NCBI GenBank assembly: GCA_020353515.1
Contig: CP070695.1
Coordinates: 1,674,050-1,738,049, forward strand
DNA: 64,000 nucleotides
Source of the DNA: Candidatus Heimdallarchaeota archaeon
Lineage (GTDB): Archaea > Asgardarchaeota > Heimdallarchaeia > Hodarchaeales > Hodarchaeaceae
Direction of reading: 5' to 3'
Under the pieces are notes generated by a model. The model had not been told where the DNA came from. It searched no databases and was given only the letters and a program-made list of their open reading frames with translations. Each line of letters opens with the position of its first letter. Position 1 is the first letter of the stretch. The position numbers and the translations under genes are program-made. Shown here in pieces: positions 41,111-50,398 of this stretch.

Positions 41111-41608
41111 CTAAAGAGTCTTGTATCCAATAGTTCTTAGGAATTCTTTCCGTTTTGCAATCTCATCATCTGTTTCTATCCCTTTAGGTGAGAAACCATC
41201 AATGACTCCAAGAATTCCACGGCCTTGCTCTGATCCTGCGATTATAACTTCCACAGGATTAGCAGTAGCACAAAAAATCGACACAACTTCTGAAACTGAC
41301 TGAACCCGCTTTAGTACATTGATTGGAAAAGCATTCTTCAAATAAATGATAAATGTATGACCAGCCCCTATTTTAAAAGCCATATCTGCAGCAATCTTCT
41401 CAAGTTCTGGATCATTTCCAGAGTGTCGGACAAGACACGGGCCAGAAGCCTCACAAAAGGCAAGACCAAATTTTATTCCAGCTGAAGCCTCAATAAGAGC
41501 CTCATACAAGTCTTCTACAGTCTTTATAAAATGACTTTGTCCTAAAATAATATTCATCTCTTCTGGTATCTCTATTTTTATAGTTTCTAATTTTACCATC
41601 GGTTTCAC
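41111..41608 (-). CDS. Adenosine-specific kinase family (COG1839)
   Basis: NIILGQSHFIKTVEDLYE, FCEASGPCL, CATANP, GRGILGVIDG. Confidence 0.93.
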   Translation of the reverse strand: MKPMVKLETIKIEIPEEMNIILGQSHFIKTVEDLYEALIEASAGIKFGLAFCEASGPCLVRHSGNDPELEKIAADMAFKIGAGHTFIIYLKNAFPINVLKRVQSVSEVVSIFCATANPVEVIIAGSEQGRGILGVIDGFSPKGIETDDEIAKRKEFLRTIGYKTL

Positions 41609-41804
41609 CTTAAGAGCTAATATGTTAGGATCATAAGATTGGAAAAATATAATTGTTTTTTGGTTATATCATTACAGACTGGTTATTTTCGATTGGCCTG
41701 CCATAAACTTCACTGATGCGAACAATATTTAATCGCTAGTAATTCTGGATGAGCCAAGTCTAATTCATTAGTTTCTACAAAAAAAGTAATATAAGGAGAT
41801 TCCC

Positions 41805-42308
41805 ATGAAATTTTACGAAGTTATTGAATCCAGAAGAAGCATTAGAGCTTATCTTCCTGATAAACCAGTAACAGATGAACAATTGAAGAGAATTTTACGA
41901 GCTGCAAGACTAGCACCCACCGCTGCTAATAAACAACCTTATAAAATTGTTATTATTAAGAATCCGAAGGAATATCTTGATTTCATTAAGCAAAAAAATG
42001 TTCTTCAAGCACCTCTAGTCATCGCAATCTTTGTAAACGAAGATGCAGCGTGGGTAAGGAAGTATGATGAAAAAAATTTCGCATGGGTTGATGGGAGTAT
42101 TGTATTTGAACATTTGATTCTTGCAGCAACAGCTGAAGGATTGGCCACAGTATGGATAGCGAATACTGATCCATTAGCAATGGAAGAAACTTGTAAAATC
42201 CCTCATAATTTCCGTTTTCTTGCATTAACTCCCCTCGGATATGCCGCCGAGAAACCTAAGGACACAATTAGAAAATCAGAAGATGAATTGATTACCTATT
42301 TAGAATAA
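41805..42308 (+). CDS. Nitroreductase family protein
   Basis: RRSIRAY, APTAANKQP, LAATAEGL, LGY. Confidence 0.93.
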   Translation: MKFYEVIESRRSIRAYLPDKPVTDEQLKRILRAARLAPTAANKQPYKIVIIKNPKEYLDFIKQKNVLQAPLVIAIFVNEDAAWVRKYDEKNFAWVDGSIVFEHLILAATAEGLATVWIANTDPLAMEETCKIPHNFRFLALTPLGYAAEKPKDTIRKSEDELITYLE

Positions 42309-42475
42309 TTGGTTTGTGTTCAAAGAAATTAGTGGATTCATGAATTAGAACATAATGTTCTAAACTAAAAACAATTGTTTCTAATATTTAGAACTTATCG
42401 TTCTGCTATTGGAACAGTGTGTTCCAATCTATAGCTTTTTGATACTATTCTTTCACCATGTTACTTAGTTAAGAA

Positions 42476-44062
42476 GTGATTCTTAAAGATATTAGGGTAG
42501 CTATGGTGATCTATGTAACTAAAGCCAGATTTAAGATAAGCTTTCAGAGGAAATTTCTTGTAATTCTCTTTCTTTCCTTCATCACAGTTTGTGATGTAGT
42601 TACAACTGGGTACATTGTTTCTATTCCAAGTATTGGAGGAAATATACAGGTAAATCCTCGTGTCACTCATTTTTGGCAGGATTGTAATACAACATTTACC
42701 ATGTCTTGGGATGATGTACGATTTTCTGATGTTAACCTGGCCCCCATTGACGAAAAATATGATATTTCTCACACGCTTTTCGCTCCATCATATAGAAGTT
42801 ATCCAAACGTCTCGTTTTGGCGTTATGCATTTTTGATTGATGAATTATTTCAGGGATATGACATCCAATCACATTGTGGAAAACATATACATCTCACAGA
42901 ATTTACTAAGGAGAAACAAGAGTTTTATGTAAAATGGGGAAAAACAGGGATTGAAGAATTATTTGGTTTTACCCCAATTGTATTTGCTTATCCATTTGGG
43001 GACTTAGGTGGAAAAAATTTCGTCAAAAAATATTTTGATTTAGGACGAACGATAAAAAATTCAGATACATCCTGGCCACCAGTGATGTGGCATTTAGAAG
43101 GAACAACCATTTCGTCTGACGGTATTGATGATCAAAATTTAAATCAAATAGTTTCTATCATGAAAGATATTTATCATAAACCTGGTTATCATGTTTTTAA
43201 GGGTTATGGACATACGAATACCCCTGGTAAAGATTATGGCGTCACAGATTTTGCGAAATATGCTGATACAATCGCACAGATTGCTCATTGGCCAAATGTT
43301 TGGTACACGACCTGGGGAGAATTAACCGCATACGAAATTGAGAAAAGCTACTTAGAAATTTCTAAAGTGAGATCCTCACCGAATAAAATCGAATTTGATG
43401 TAACTACACCAAATCTTGGTACTACTGTTTACAAAATACCAATCACTATCGCACTATTACTACCTAATTCTTGGGACAGTTTCTTTCCTCAAATCAACGG
43501 AAAATATTCTTCTCAATTCTCACTGAAGCACTATGCTGACTCGATAGAGTTATTATTGGATGTGATACCTCAAAAAGAACCTCAGAGGGTAATTATTTGG
43601 CGAGAAGCACCAGAGATTGATCAAACTCCTCCAGAAATCACTAATTTTGATTTCAATACGAAATTTGCATCTAAAAACAGTAATAAAACTCTAAAATTCA
43701 CATTAATGCGCTTTGATGTAACAGATGATCAATCTGACATTTATCAAGTTAATGCAAGTATCCACCTTAAGAATGGGAAAAAATTAACCTTTTCTAAGAT
43801 GGAGAACCCTCTTTTTTGGAAAAATTCCACATTTGGTCGTGTTGTGTGGGATTCAACAATTTTAAATAGTGATAAACAACAAATTGATGTGGAAGATATT
43901 TCTTATACACATATCTTTGTTCAAGACAGCTTTGGTAACATCCGACATAGTACAATCTTCTCCTGTGGTTGGCAAAAAGACCTTGTAATCCAGGGAGGCC
44001 AGAGTCTACTACACATGCCAAATAAAGAGGATTCTTCCTTAATTAGGTTGACAGTGGCATAA
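42476..44062 (+). CDS. Secreted polysaccharide deacetylase (NodB-like) with C-terminal beta domains
   Basis: Signal/TM; TMSWDD, SHCGKH, FAYPFG, VWYTTWGE. Confidence 0.8.
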   Translation: MILKDIRVAMVIYVTKARFKISFQRKFLVILFLSFITVCDVVTTGYIVSIPSIGGNIQVNPRVTHFWQDCNTTFTMSWDDVRFSDVNLAPIDEKYDISHTLFAPSYRSYPNVSFWRYAFLIDELFQGYDIQSHCGKHIHLTEFTKEKQEFYVKWGKTGIEELFGFTPIVFAYPFGDLGGKNFVKKYFDLGRTIKNSDTSWPPVMWHLEGTTISSDGIDDQNLNQIVSIMKDIYHKPGYHVFKGYGHTNTPGKDYGVTDFAKYADTIAQIAHWPNVWYTTWGELTAYEIEKSYLEISKVRSSPNKIEFDVTTPNLGTTVYKIPITIALLLPNSWDSFFPQINGKYSSQFSLKHYADSIELLLDVIPQKEPQRVIIWREAPEIDQTPPEITNFDFNTKFASKNSNKTLKFTLMRFDVTDDQSDIYQVNASIHLKNGKKLTFSKMENPLFWKNSTFGRVVWDSTILNSDKQQIDVEDISYTHIFVQDSFGNIRHSTIFSCGWQKDLVIQGGQSLLHMPNKEDSSLIRLTVA

Positions 44063-44085
44063 ATTCTATATCTCTTGATGGATGA

Positions 44086-44649
44086 TTATGTGTTGGAGAA
44101 GTAATTACTTTTATATCGAATAAAAAGTATTAAGAACCCCAAACTTAAAATTAAAAGCCCAAAAATTGCAAACGATGGCAGAATATCTGGAATAGGTGAA
44201 ATTTTTGTTACAGATGTTTCTAGAAGACTATTAGAAGAAACTAGGTAGGGGGGAAAAGATTGATAGGGTTGTAGACTTTTGTATGTTACCCAAATTAAGC
44301 TTGAAATCCCTGTTATACGAAATGCTAATGCCCCTGCACTTTCACGAGTTACCGCCCATTGTTCTTTTTCATAGATTAGTGTTGATATAATTATTCCTAA
44401 AATGAAGACTATCGTGACCTCAACCAAAAGCATTTGGTATAAATTCTCAGTCATTGAGGGAATTGAGGGAAAAATCAAGGTCATTGCACCTAGTTTAATG
44501 AGATTAACAGCTCCGACCATTGAAAACACCTTTCCGATGAATTCTTTTGGAAAGAAAAACCAAATAAACGCAATTTCTACAGCAGAAATAAGAAAAAGGT
44601 CTAATAAACCAATTTGTTGAATATAGTAAGGTACCATCATTTGTATCAC
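44086..44649 (-). CDS. Hypothetical membrane protein
   Basis: 187 aa, ~5 TM. Confidence 0.7.
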   Translation of the reverse strand: MIQMMVPYYIQQIGLLDLFLISAVEIAFIWFFFPKEFIGKVFSMVGAVNLIKLGAMTLIFPSIPSMTENLYQMLLVEVTIVFILGIIISTLIYEKEQWAVTRESAGALAFRITGISSLIWVTYKSLQPYQSFPPYLVSSNSLLETSVTKISPIPDILPSFAIFGLLILSLGFLILFIRYKSNYFSNT

Positions 44650-44992
44650 AAAATTTTGCTTGAAATACTTGATATAAAATGTAATTTTAGTCTGTACAAT
44701 CCTTAATAGGTGTTATACAATACACTATAACTTAAATCGACTCTGTTCATCTCATCTCTCAGATAAATACAGAGAAGAGATTTTAGATATTCTAGAGAAT
44801 TAATGTGTTTGTAGCAATAGATTGGGTTTTTATTAAGAGGTTTTGGAACAAAGGTCTTGACTCACATAACAAAGGTTCAAATTTTACTTAGCTACAAAAT
44901 CACTGTTTTGGTGATGAAGAACCTATAAACAGTAGGTCATCAAATGCTTTTTCAAGTAGAATCAGTCAATACACAGACCGTAAGTACAATAG

Positions 44993-46306
44993 GTGAAAAG
45001 CCAAGTGAATGAGAAACCGACACCCATCGTCAAACAATCAGGTTTTCTTCCTTTTAAATATCCAGACTTTGGCAAACTACTCACTGGACAGCTGGTGTCT
45101 AATATTGGCTCCCAATTCTCTTATATTGCGATTTTATTTCTTGTTTATGATATGACTGGCGAAATTTACGCAATGGCGTTATTATCAATGGCTCAAGCGA
45201 TTCCAATGATTTTGATTGGGCCTTGGGCTGGAGTAGTTATTGATAAGGTCGATCGGAAGTATGCAATGGTTTTCGCTGATCTAGGTCAAGCTTGTGCTAT
45301 TGTAATCATCCCATTCACAGCAAGCCTTCCAGATAACGTTCGCTTATGGTGGATAGTTGGAATAGCCTTTTGTAATGCAACTTTCGCAAGGTTCTTCTAT
45401 CCTGCACGAGGTGCTTCAATCCCCAAGTTAGTTGAGGACAATAAGGATCTTCTTGCAGCAAATTCATTAAGTGCTGGTGCATACCAAACCTCTGCTCTTA
45501 TAGGCCCTTTGTTTGCAGGGATCGTTATTGGTTGGTTAGGATACGACATTCCGTTCTTCATCGATTCTCTTTCATTTCTCTTCTCAGCAATTTGTATCTT
45601 GCTAATAAGTAAACCATTGAAAGCTCTAAACGCATCAACGCAGAAACCACTGCAAGATCTAATAACAGGGGGAAAATACATTCTTAATTTCCTCCCACTG
45701 CTCTATTTATTAATAGTTTTTTCAGTATTGATGTTTGCAGGAGGAGCATCAATGATCTTGATTGTTCCCTATTTAGAAACGGAATTCCATCTTGGTGAAG
45801 GGACCCGTGAGTTTATTTTTGGATTAATGACTTCTTTTTCAGCAATGATTGGATTATCAATTGCCTTTGTTTTGTCAAGGAGAACCCAGATATCTAAACC
45901 TGTAACTTTGATATCTGTAACAACAGTTTTAGCAGGCATCATCTTAATTATTTTCGGTGCTGCTCCAAACCTCTGGATAGTTGGGATGGCATGGATCGGA
46001 TTCGGGGCGATAGAGGTATTCATAGGAATTCCTTTACAGACTATTGCCCAAGAAACTGTCCCAGATGTGTTACGTGGGAAGATCTTTTCTTTCATCAACC
46101 TTTCAATCACAGTCTCCCAGATCATTGGAATGGGCATCGTTAGTGTCATCGCAAGTACTGTTATTGGAATTAGAGGGAGCTTGATATTAAGTGGAATAAC
46201 CTTATGTATTTTCTTTGTTATTGGAATAGTAATATTGAAAAGGAAGCGATTAGAGTTTCTTGTTGACCAACGAAGGGAGCAATTACAACAACTACCCCTC
46301 ACATGA
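44993..46306 (+). CDS. MFS transporter (EntS/MefA-like)
   Basis: GQLVSNIG, GVVIDKVDRK motif A, QETVP...RGK; 12 TM. Confidence 0.92.
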   Translation: MKSQVNEKPTPIVKQSGFLPFKYPDFGKLLTGQLVSNIGSQFSYIAILFLVYDMTGEIYAMALLSMAQAIPMILIGPWAGVVIDKVDRKYAMVFADLGQACAIVIIPFTASLPDNVRLWWIVGIAFCNATFARFFYPARGASIPKLVEDNKDLLAANSLSAGAYQTSALIGPLFAGIVIGWLGYDIPFFIDSLSFLFSAICILLISKPLKALNASTQKPLQDLITGGKYILNFLPLLYLLIVFSVLMFAGGASMILIVPYLETEFHLGEGTREFIFGLMTSFSAMIGLSIAFVLSRRTQISKPVTLISVTTVLAGIILIIFGAAPNLWIVGMAWIGFGAIEVFIGIPLQTIAQETVPDVLRGKIFSFINLSITVSQIIGMGIVSVIASTVIGIRGSLILSGITLCIFFVIGIVILKRKRLEFLVDQRREQLQQLPLT

Positions 46307-46312
46307 TGAAAT

Positions 46313-47884
46313 CTATTCTTCTTGGGAGCTCTTAGCTGGTGATGTTGTTATTTTAGCATATTCTTTTACTTTGGCCTCTTCACTTGTGCCTTTGAGGACC
46401 AAAACATATTCCAAACAACCCCGTGCACGTTCTCGTCTTTGAATCATATCATCTAGGTTGCTAGTAATATCAAGGTGAATAACAACATCAGCTTCCCCTA
46501 AATTCAGACCACGACCACCAACAGGGGTGAATATCAAGACATTTACATCCTCTTGTTGGAATTGTTCAAGGATAATACGTCTGGTGTCTTCAGGAGTTTG
46601 CCCAGACAAATATTTTACCCCTGGAAAGCCTAATGCCTTATTTAGGAGCATATTTGTTTGTTCCCCTAAAGCTAGATAGCGGGTAAATAATAGAACTTTT
46701 GCTCCACGAATAATATGTTCATGAATCAGTTCGATAGCAGTATCTACTTTTGGATTAATTAATCCACGAGTGGTCGTTTCTTCAGGCTTATCAAAGCGAG
46801 GTAGTTCGGAACGGTGCGAAATTAGAGAAGAACTAGCTTCAATGACATTTTGAAACGCTTCTTGATTTTCATCAATTTTAATATATCTTAAGAACTCACC
46901 TGGTGTCGAATCAAGGAGAAGGAGCCTTGCATGCGTGAGCTTGAAGAGGAGTGAGAAGGCATTTACCAGTTGTTCACGAGCATCATTGTCAGCTACTTTA
47001 TATTTACCAATACGGATAGGATACGAAGCCTGTTTGTCTTTTAATCGATCTAAGGCTCCTCCATAAGATAATTTAATGATATCTAAGCGACTTAACTGAG
47101 GATCAAGGAGTTCTTGAACTGTGGTTATTGGTTTGGTTAAAAGGGTTGAAATTAACTTATCTATGTGTTTATAATCCTCCCGATCTATCTCTCGAAACTG
47201 TGTAATAGTTTCATAAGGAGATAGTTCAGGACGCTGCATAAGGTGTGTTCCCTCTCCTAGGATCTTTATTATTGCTTGAGCTCGATATTGATCTCGTGTT
47301 CCTGTCATACCTAAGACGGGAAAACTACCAACTTTAGGGCGTACCTGAAACAGCTCTTCAAAAAACTTACTTAATCGAAATCCAGTCATAGATCGTGCCA
47401 AAAGGTCCGTTGCTTCATCAATGACACATAATTGAACAGATTTGAAGATATCTACACCTCGACGTGATTTAATTTCGAACCGATCGTTCATCAAAGCAGT
47501 TATTGGAGAAAAAATCACGTCAGATACACTATACATTTTCTCTTTCTGTGCTAAACTTAATCCTTTTCCCCCAGTTTTTGGATCGAAGAGATACCCTAAT
47601 TTATCGACAAAGCCAAAACTCTTTGCCATTTCTAAAGCTTGGCGACAACGTAAAGCTGCTGCTTCTCGGGCTGAAGTAAAAATGAACTTTGCTTTCGGAT
47701 TCATCTTTTTCAAGGATAAGAAGAGTAATAGGGCAATAATGGTCTTCCCTGTGCCATAAGGATAATTTAACAGTGAGGAATTTGGTAATTGAGTTATAAT
47801 TTCTTGAGTAGCGGTAAGCTGATACTCACGTTGTTCAATGGTGAGACCACCCAGATGTTTTTTAAGATCTAGATCCATTTCCAT
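46313..47884 (-). CDS. Divergent SF2 helicase (Hef/FANCM/Mph1-like) without nuclease domain
   Basis: REYQ, PYGTGKT, IDEAT, GMTGT, GGRGLNL, QRRERA. Confidence 0.82.
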   Translation of the reverse strand: MEMDLDLKKHLGGLTIEQREYQLTATQEIITQLPNSSLLNYPYGTGKTIIALLLFLSLKKMNPKAKFIFTSAREAAALRCRQALEMAKSFGFVDKLGYLFDPKTGGKGLSLAQKEKMYSVSDVIFSPITALMNDRFEIKSRRGVDIFKSVQLCVIDEATDLLARSMTGFRLSKFFEELFQVRPKVGSFPVLGMTGTRDQYRAQAIIKILGEGTHLMQRPELSPYETITQFREIDREDYKHIDKLISTLLTKPITTVQELLDPQLSRLDIIKLSYGGALDRLKDKQASYPIRIGKYKVADNDAREQLVNAFSLLFKLTHARLLLLDSTPGEFLRYIKIDENQEAFQNVIEASSSLISHRSELPRFDKPEETTTRGLINPKVDTAIELIHEHIIRGAKVLLFTRYLALGEQTNMLLNKALGFPGVKYLSGQTPEDTRRIILEQFQQEDVNVLIFTPVGGRGLNLGEADVVIHLDITSNLDDMIQRRERARGCLEYVLVLKGTSEEAKVKEYAKITTSPAKSSQEE

Positions 47885-47968
47885 ATTACCAGACTCTGTC
47901 TGTTTATGGGATGAACGTACTTTTTAAGAGCTACATTTCTAAAACTGTAATCCAATAATCTAAATGAG

Positions 47969-48481
47969 ATGTACACAATGGAAGAATTAATTGCTACCTT
48001 AAGATCACGTCGCTTAGGAATATTATTTATCTTGAAAATGATTCCCCTAGACATTTGGGATTGGAAACCGCATCCCTCCATGAGAAGTACAGCTCAACTT
48101 GGCAATCATTTGGCCTGTAGTCCGTTAGCTATTCTGGAACTCCTCCGTGGGAGTATACCAGATGAAGAAACATATAATAATTTAGAAAAAAATAACATGC
48201 CTCTCAATGCTCAAGGATTAACAAACTTATATGAACAGAGTTTGGACAAATTAATTTCTTATCTCCAAGAGCATTTAGAGGATGCGGGAGAAGAAAACAT
48301 TAGGTTCTTTTATCAAGACCACAATACTTCGATATATAAGGAGATATTCGAGGAGATTGGGCATGAATGGTTTCATTTAGGCCAATTGTTTGCTTACCTT
48401 AAACAGAATGGTGTTGCTGTAGATATGGGGGCTTATTATGGATATAAAGATCCTGACCCTGATATTCCACCGAATGTATAA
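47969..48481 (+). CDS. DinB/YfiT family protein
   Basis: WDWKP..SMRS..QLGNHL, HEWFHLGQLFAYL. Confidence 0.88.
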   Translation: MYTMEELIATLRSRRLGILFILKMIPLDIWDWKPHPSMRSTAQLGNHLACSPLAILELLRGSIPDEETYNNLEKNNMPLNAQGLTNLYEQSLDKLISYLQEHLEDAGEENIRFFYQDHNTSIYKEIFEEIGHEWFHLGQLFAYLKQNGVAVDMGAYYGYKDPDPDIPPNV

Positions 48482-48483
48482 TT

Positions 48484-49401
48484 TTATAAGAGAGAATAAA
48501 TTTTATCTAGAGTAAGCTCAAATAAAACTAGAGGGAAAAGAATTTTAATCGAATTTTGAGTCACCCAAGAGCAGCCGTTGAAGTATGCCACAATATACTG
48601 TAGATAATGAGGTATTAGGGAAAAACCCTGAATGTCAGAGAGAAAATGATCCTCATGAATACTCATTGTAACTTGAACTGACACAGGATTAATAATTTTC
48701 ATTTCCAGAGTAACTAGTTCCGTTTCAAACCAAGAAAGAAGCGTCGTAAAAAAGTTTGAGAGAAAATAGAAATTTCCCCAGATGATTGGATTAACATGGC
48801 CGATTACGTCTGTCTTAATAGAAGAGGACAAAAAAAATTTCACTTGAGAGGTAAATGGGGAGTGAGAAAGGCCGCCAGTTAAGATCTTCACTAGGGAGAT
48901 GGGATGAATTGAGGGTGATATCGCATTTAATTGTAAAAAGTCAGACGCAATAAGAGTAGCAATTTTTTGACGATGAGACGCCCGTAATAATTTTCTAAGT
49001 AACACAGGAGCCAAGTGCTCATTGTCTGCTAATACATGTGCACCAAGATCAATAGTCAAGGAAGCTGTTCGCAGTTCGTGGATTAATTCTTCGACCCAGA
49101 GCTTATCAGTGTTAAAACTTGTTTTTCTGAATTGCTGAAGGATATAACGACCAAGGGTCTCATTAGAATGAATTTCCAAATCGAATTTCTGAATTGAAGG
49201 TAGTGAAATTGTTGAGGAAACAACTGAGGGATGAACCCCTAACATTTCAGCAAAAACCTGAGTGAAAAATAAAACGACATCGTCAATAGGAGATAATATG
49301 ATGAAAGAATTGAAAGGTTTGATACTAATAGAACCTGATTCGTTGCGCTGTTTAATCACGATCTTCATACTCTCCTCAATGAATACTAGAAATAGATTCA
49401 T
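48484..49401 (-). CDS. Hypothetical protein, last gene of longin operon
   Basis: 305-aa ORF overlapping the longin gene end. A probable start is MKIVIKQ after GAGGAG. Confidence 0.7.
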   Translation of the reverse strand: MNLFLVFIEESMKIVIKQRNESGSISIKPFNSFIILSPIDDVVLFFTQVFAEMLGVHPSVVSSTISLPSIQKFDLEIHSNETLGRYILQQFRKTSFNTDKLWVEELIHELRTASLTIDLGAHVLADNEHLAPVLLRKLLRASHRQKIATLIASDFLQLNAISPSIHPISLVKILTGGLSHSPFTSQVKFFLSSSIKTDVIGHVNPIIWGNFYFLSNFFTTLLSWFETELVTLEMKIINPVSVQVTMSIHEDHFLSDIQGFSLIPHYLQYIVAYFNGCSWVTQNSIKILFPLVLFELTLDKIYSLL

Positions 49402-49813
49402 TTTCCAAAGAAGAGCGATCTAGTTTCATTAATCCACTAGTTTCAAGTATATTATCAATAATAATTGAAAAATCTCTATAGATATTAGGTTCAATTAGTT
49501 CCTGTTCAAGAAATTCATGGTAATGATCAACAAAATTAAAGTAAATTCGCCTCATAATTGTAGATATCTTTCGTTTGGAGATATTTTTCCCTGACGTGAC
49601 TAAGGCAAGAACGATTTCTTTTTTTGATTCGTAAAAAATAATATGATGTTCCATACGAATTTCGTTGATTTTTTCTCCAATCATGTTCTTCGCAAAACTG
49701 GAGACAGCTACCAAAAAGCCACTATATAAGTCGATATTTTGGGATTCATCACCATAAGAGCGTGAAAGCAAACACAATCCAGATTCGTGGATGATGAAAA
49801 TACTTCGAATCAT
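49376..49813 (-). CDS. Stand-alone longin-domain protein (Asgard eukaryotic signature protein)
   Basis: MIRSIFIIHESGLCLLSRSY...LYSGFLVAVSSFAKNM...INEIRM...IVLALV...helix: classic longin pattern. Confidence 0.85.
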   Translation of the reverse strand: MIRSIFIIHESGLCLLSRSYGDESQNIDLYSGFLVAVSSFAKNMIGEKINEIRMEHHIIFYESKKEIVLALVTSGKNISKRKISTIMRRIYFNFVDHYHEFLEQELIEPNIYRDFSIIIDNILETSGLMKLDRSSLENESISSIH

Positions 49814-50130
49814 GATTGGTTTCTTCCATGAGTTGAGGCCGAATTGAATAAAACATCATATGAAAATAACCCATTTCCACCATAGATTTTTAGAATAGCT
49901 TCTTGATCGTTAATAACTTCAAAGTAAAACTGTTTATCCGTGATTTCATACAGAGCAGCAAGGAATGTTTTTATCATTACCCTTAAAAGATTTATTTTTT
50001 GCGAGAAAAAACAATACAGCCCATCCTCATAAAGCTCATAATCTCGTAGGAGAACAGTCGAAAGGAGAGTTACAAGGAGAGCTGCATTTATGTATGGGTC
50101 TTCATTTCGAATTATAGTTTTCATTACCAT
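49810..50130 (-). CDS. Small hypothetical protein, translationally coupled to the longin gene
   Basis: 106 aa; ATGA stop/start overlap with the longin gene. Confidence 0.7.
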   Translation of the reverse strand: MVMKTIIRNEDPYINAALLVTLLSTVLLRDYELYEDGLYCFFSQKINLLRVMIKTFLAALYEITDKQFYFEVINDQEAILKIYGGNGLFSYDVLFNSASTHGRNQS

Positions 50131-50172
50131 TAAATGGTCTTCCTTAGGAGAAAGACTTCTCTTCTTATATAA

Positions 50173-50325
50173 TTAGGGGTTCGGTGGTGTTGTAGTTGGA
50201 TCAGCCACCCCTGAAACTGTTCCTAAAAGAAGAATGGTCAAGAAAACTATCAAAGGAATCATTTTTAATATGGATCCTTTGCATGGTCTATGATTTTCTA
50301 ATCGATTTCGGAGTTTATTTAACAA
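50173..50325 (-). CDS. Unannotated 50-aa pre-peptide (signal peptide plus short Pro/Thr tail)
   Basis: GAGGTGA SD (50332-50338), 6 nt, TTG: MLNKLRNRLENHRPCKGSILKMIPLIVFLTILLLGTVSGVADPTTTPPNP*. Alternative ATG at 50262 gives 29 aa. Confidence 0.65.
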   Translation of the reverse strand: MLNKLRNRLENHRPCKGSILKMIPLIVFLTILLLGTVSGVADPTTTPPNP

Positions 50326-50398
50326 TGTTATTCACCTCTAATACTTGTGAAAAGAAAACATCATAAAAATTATTCTTTAGAAATCTTAATGAAGTAAA

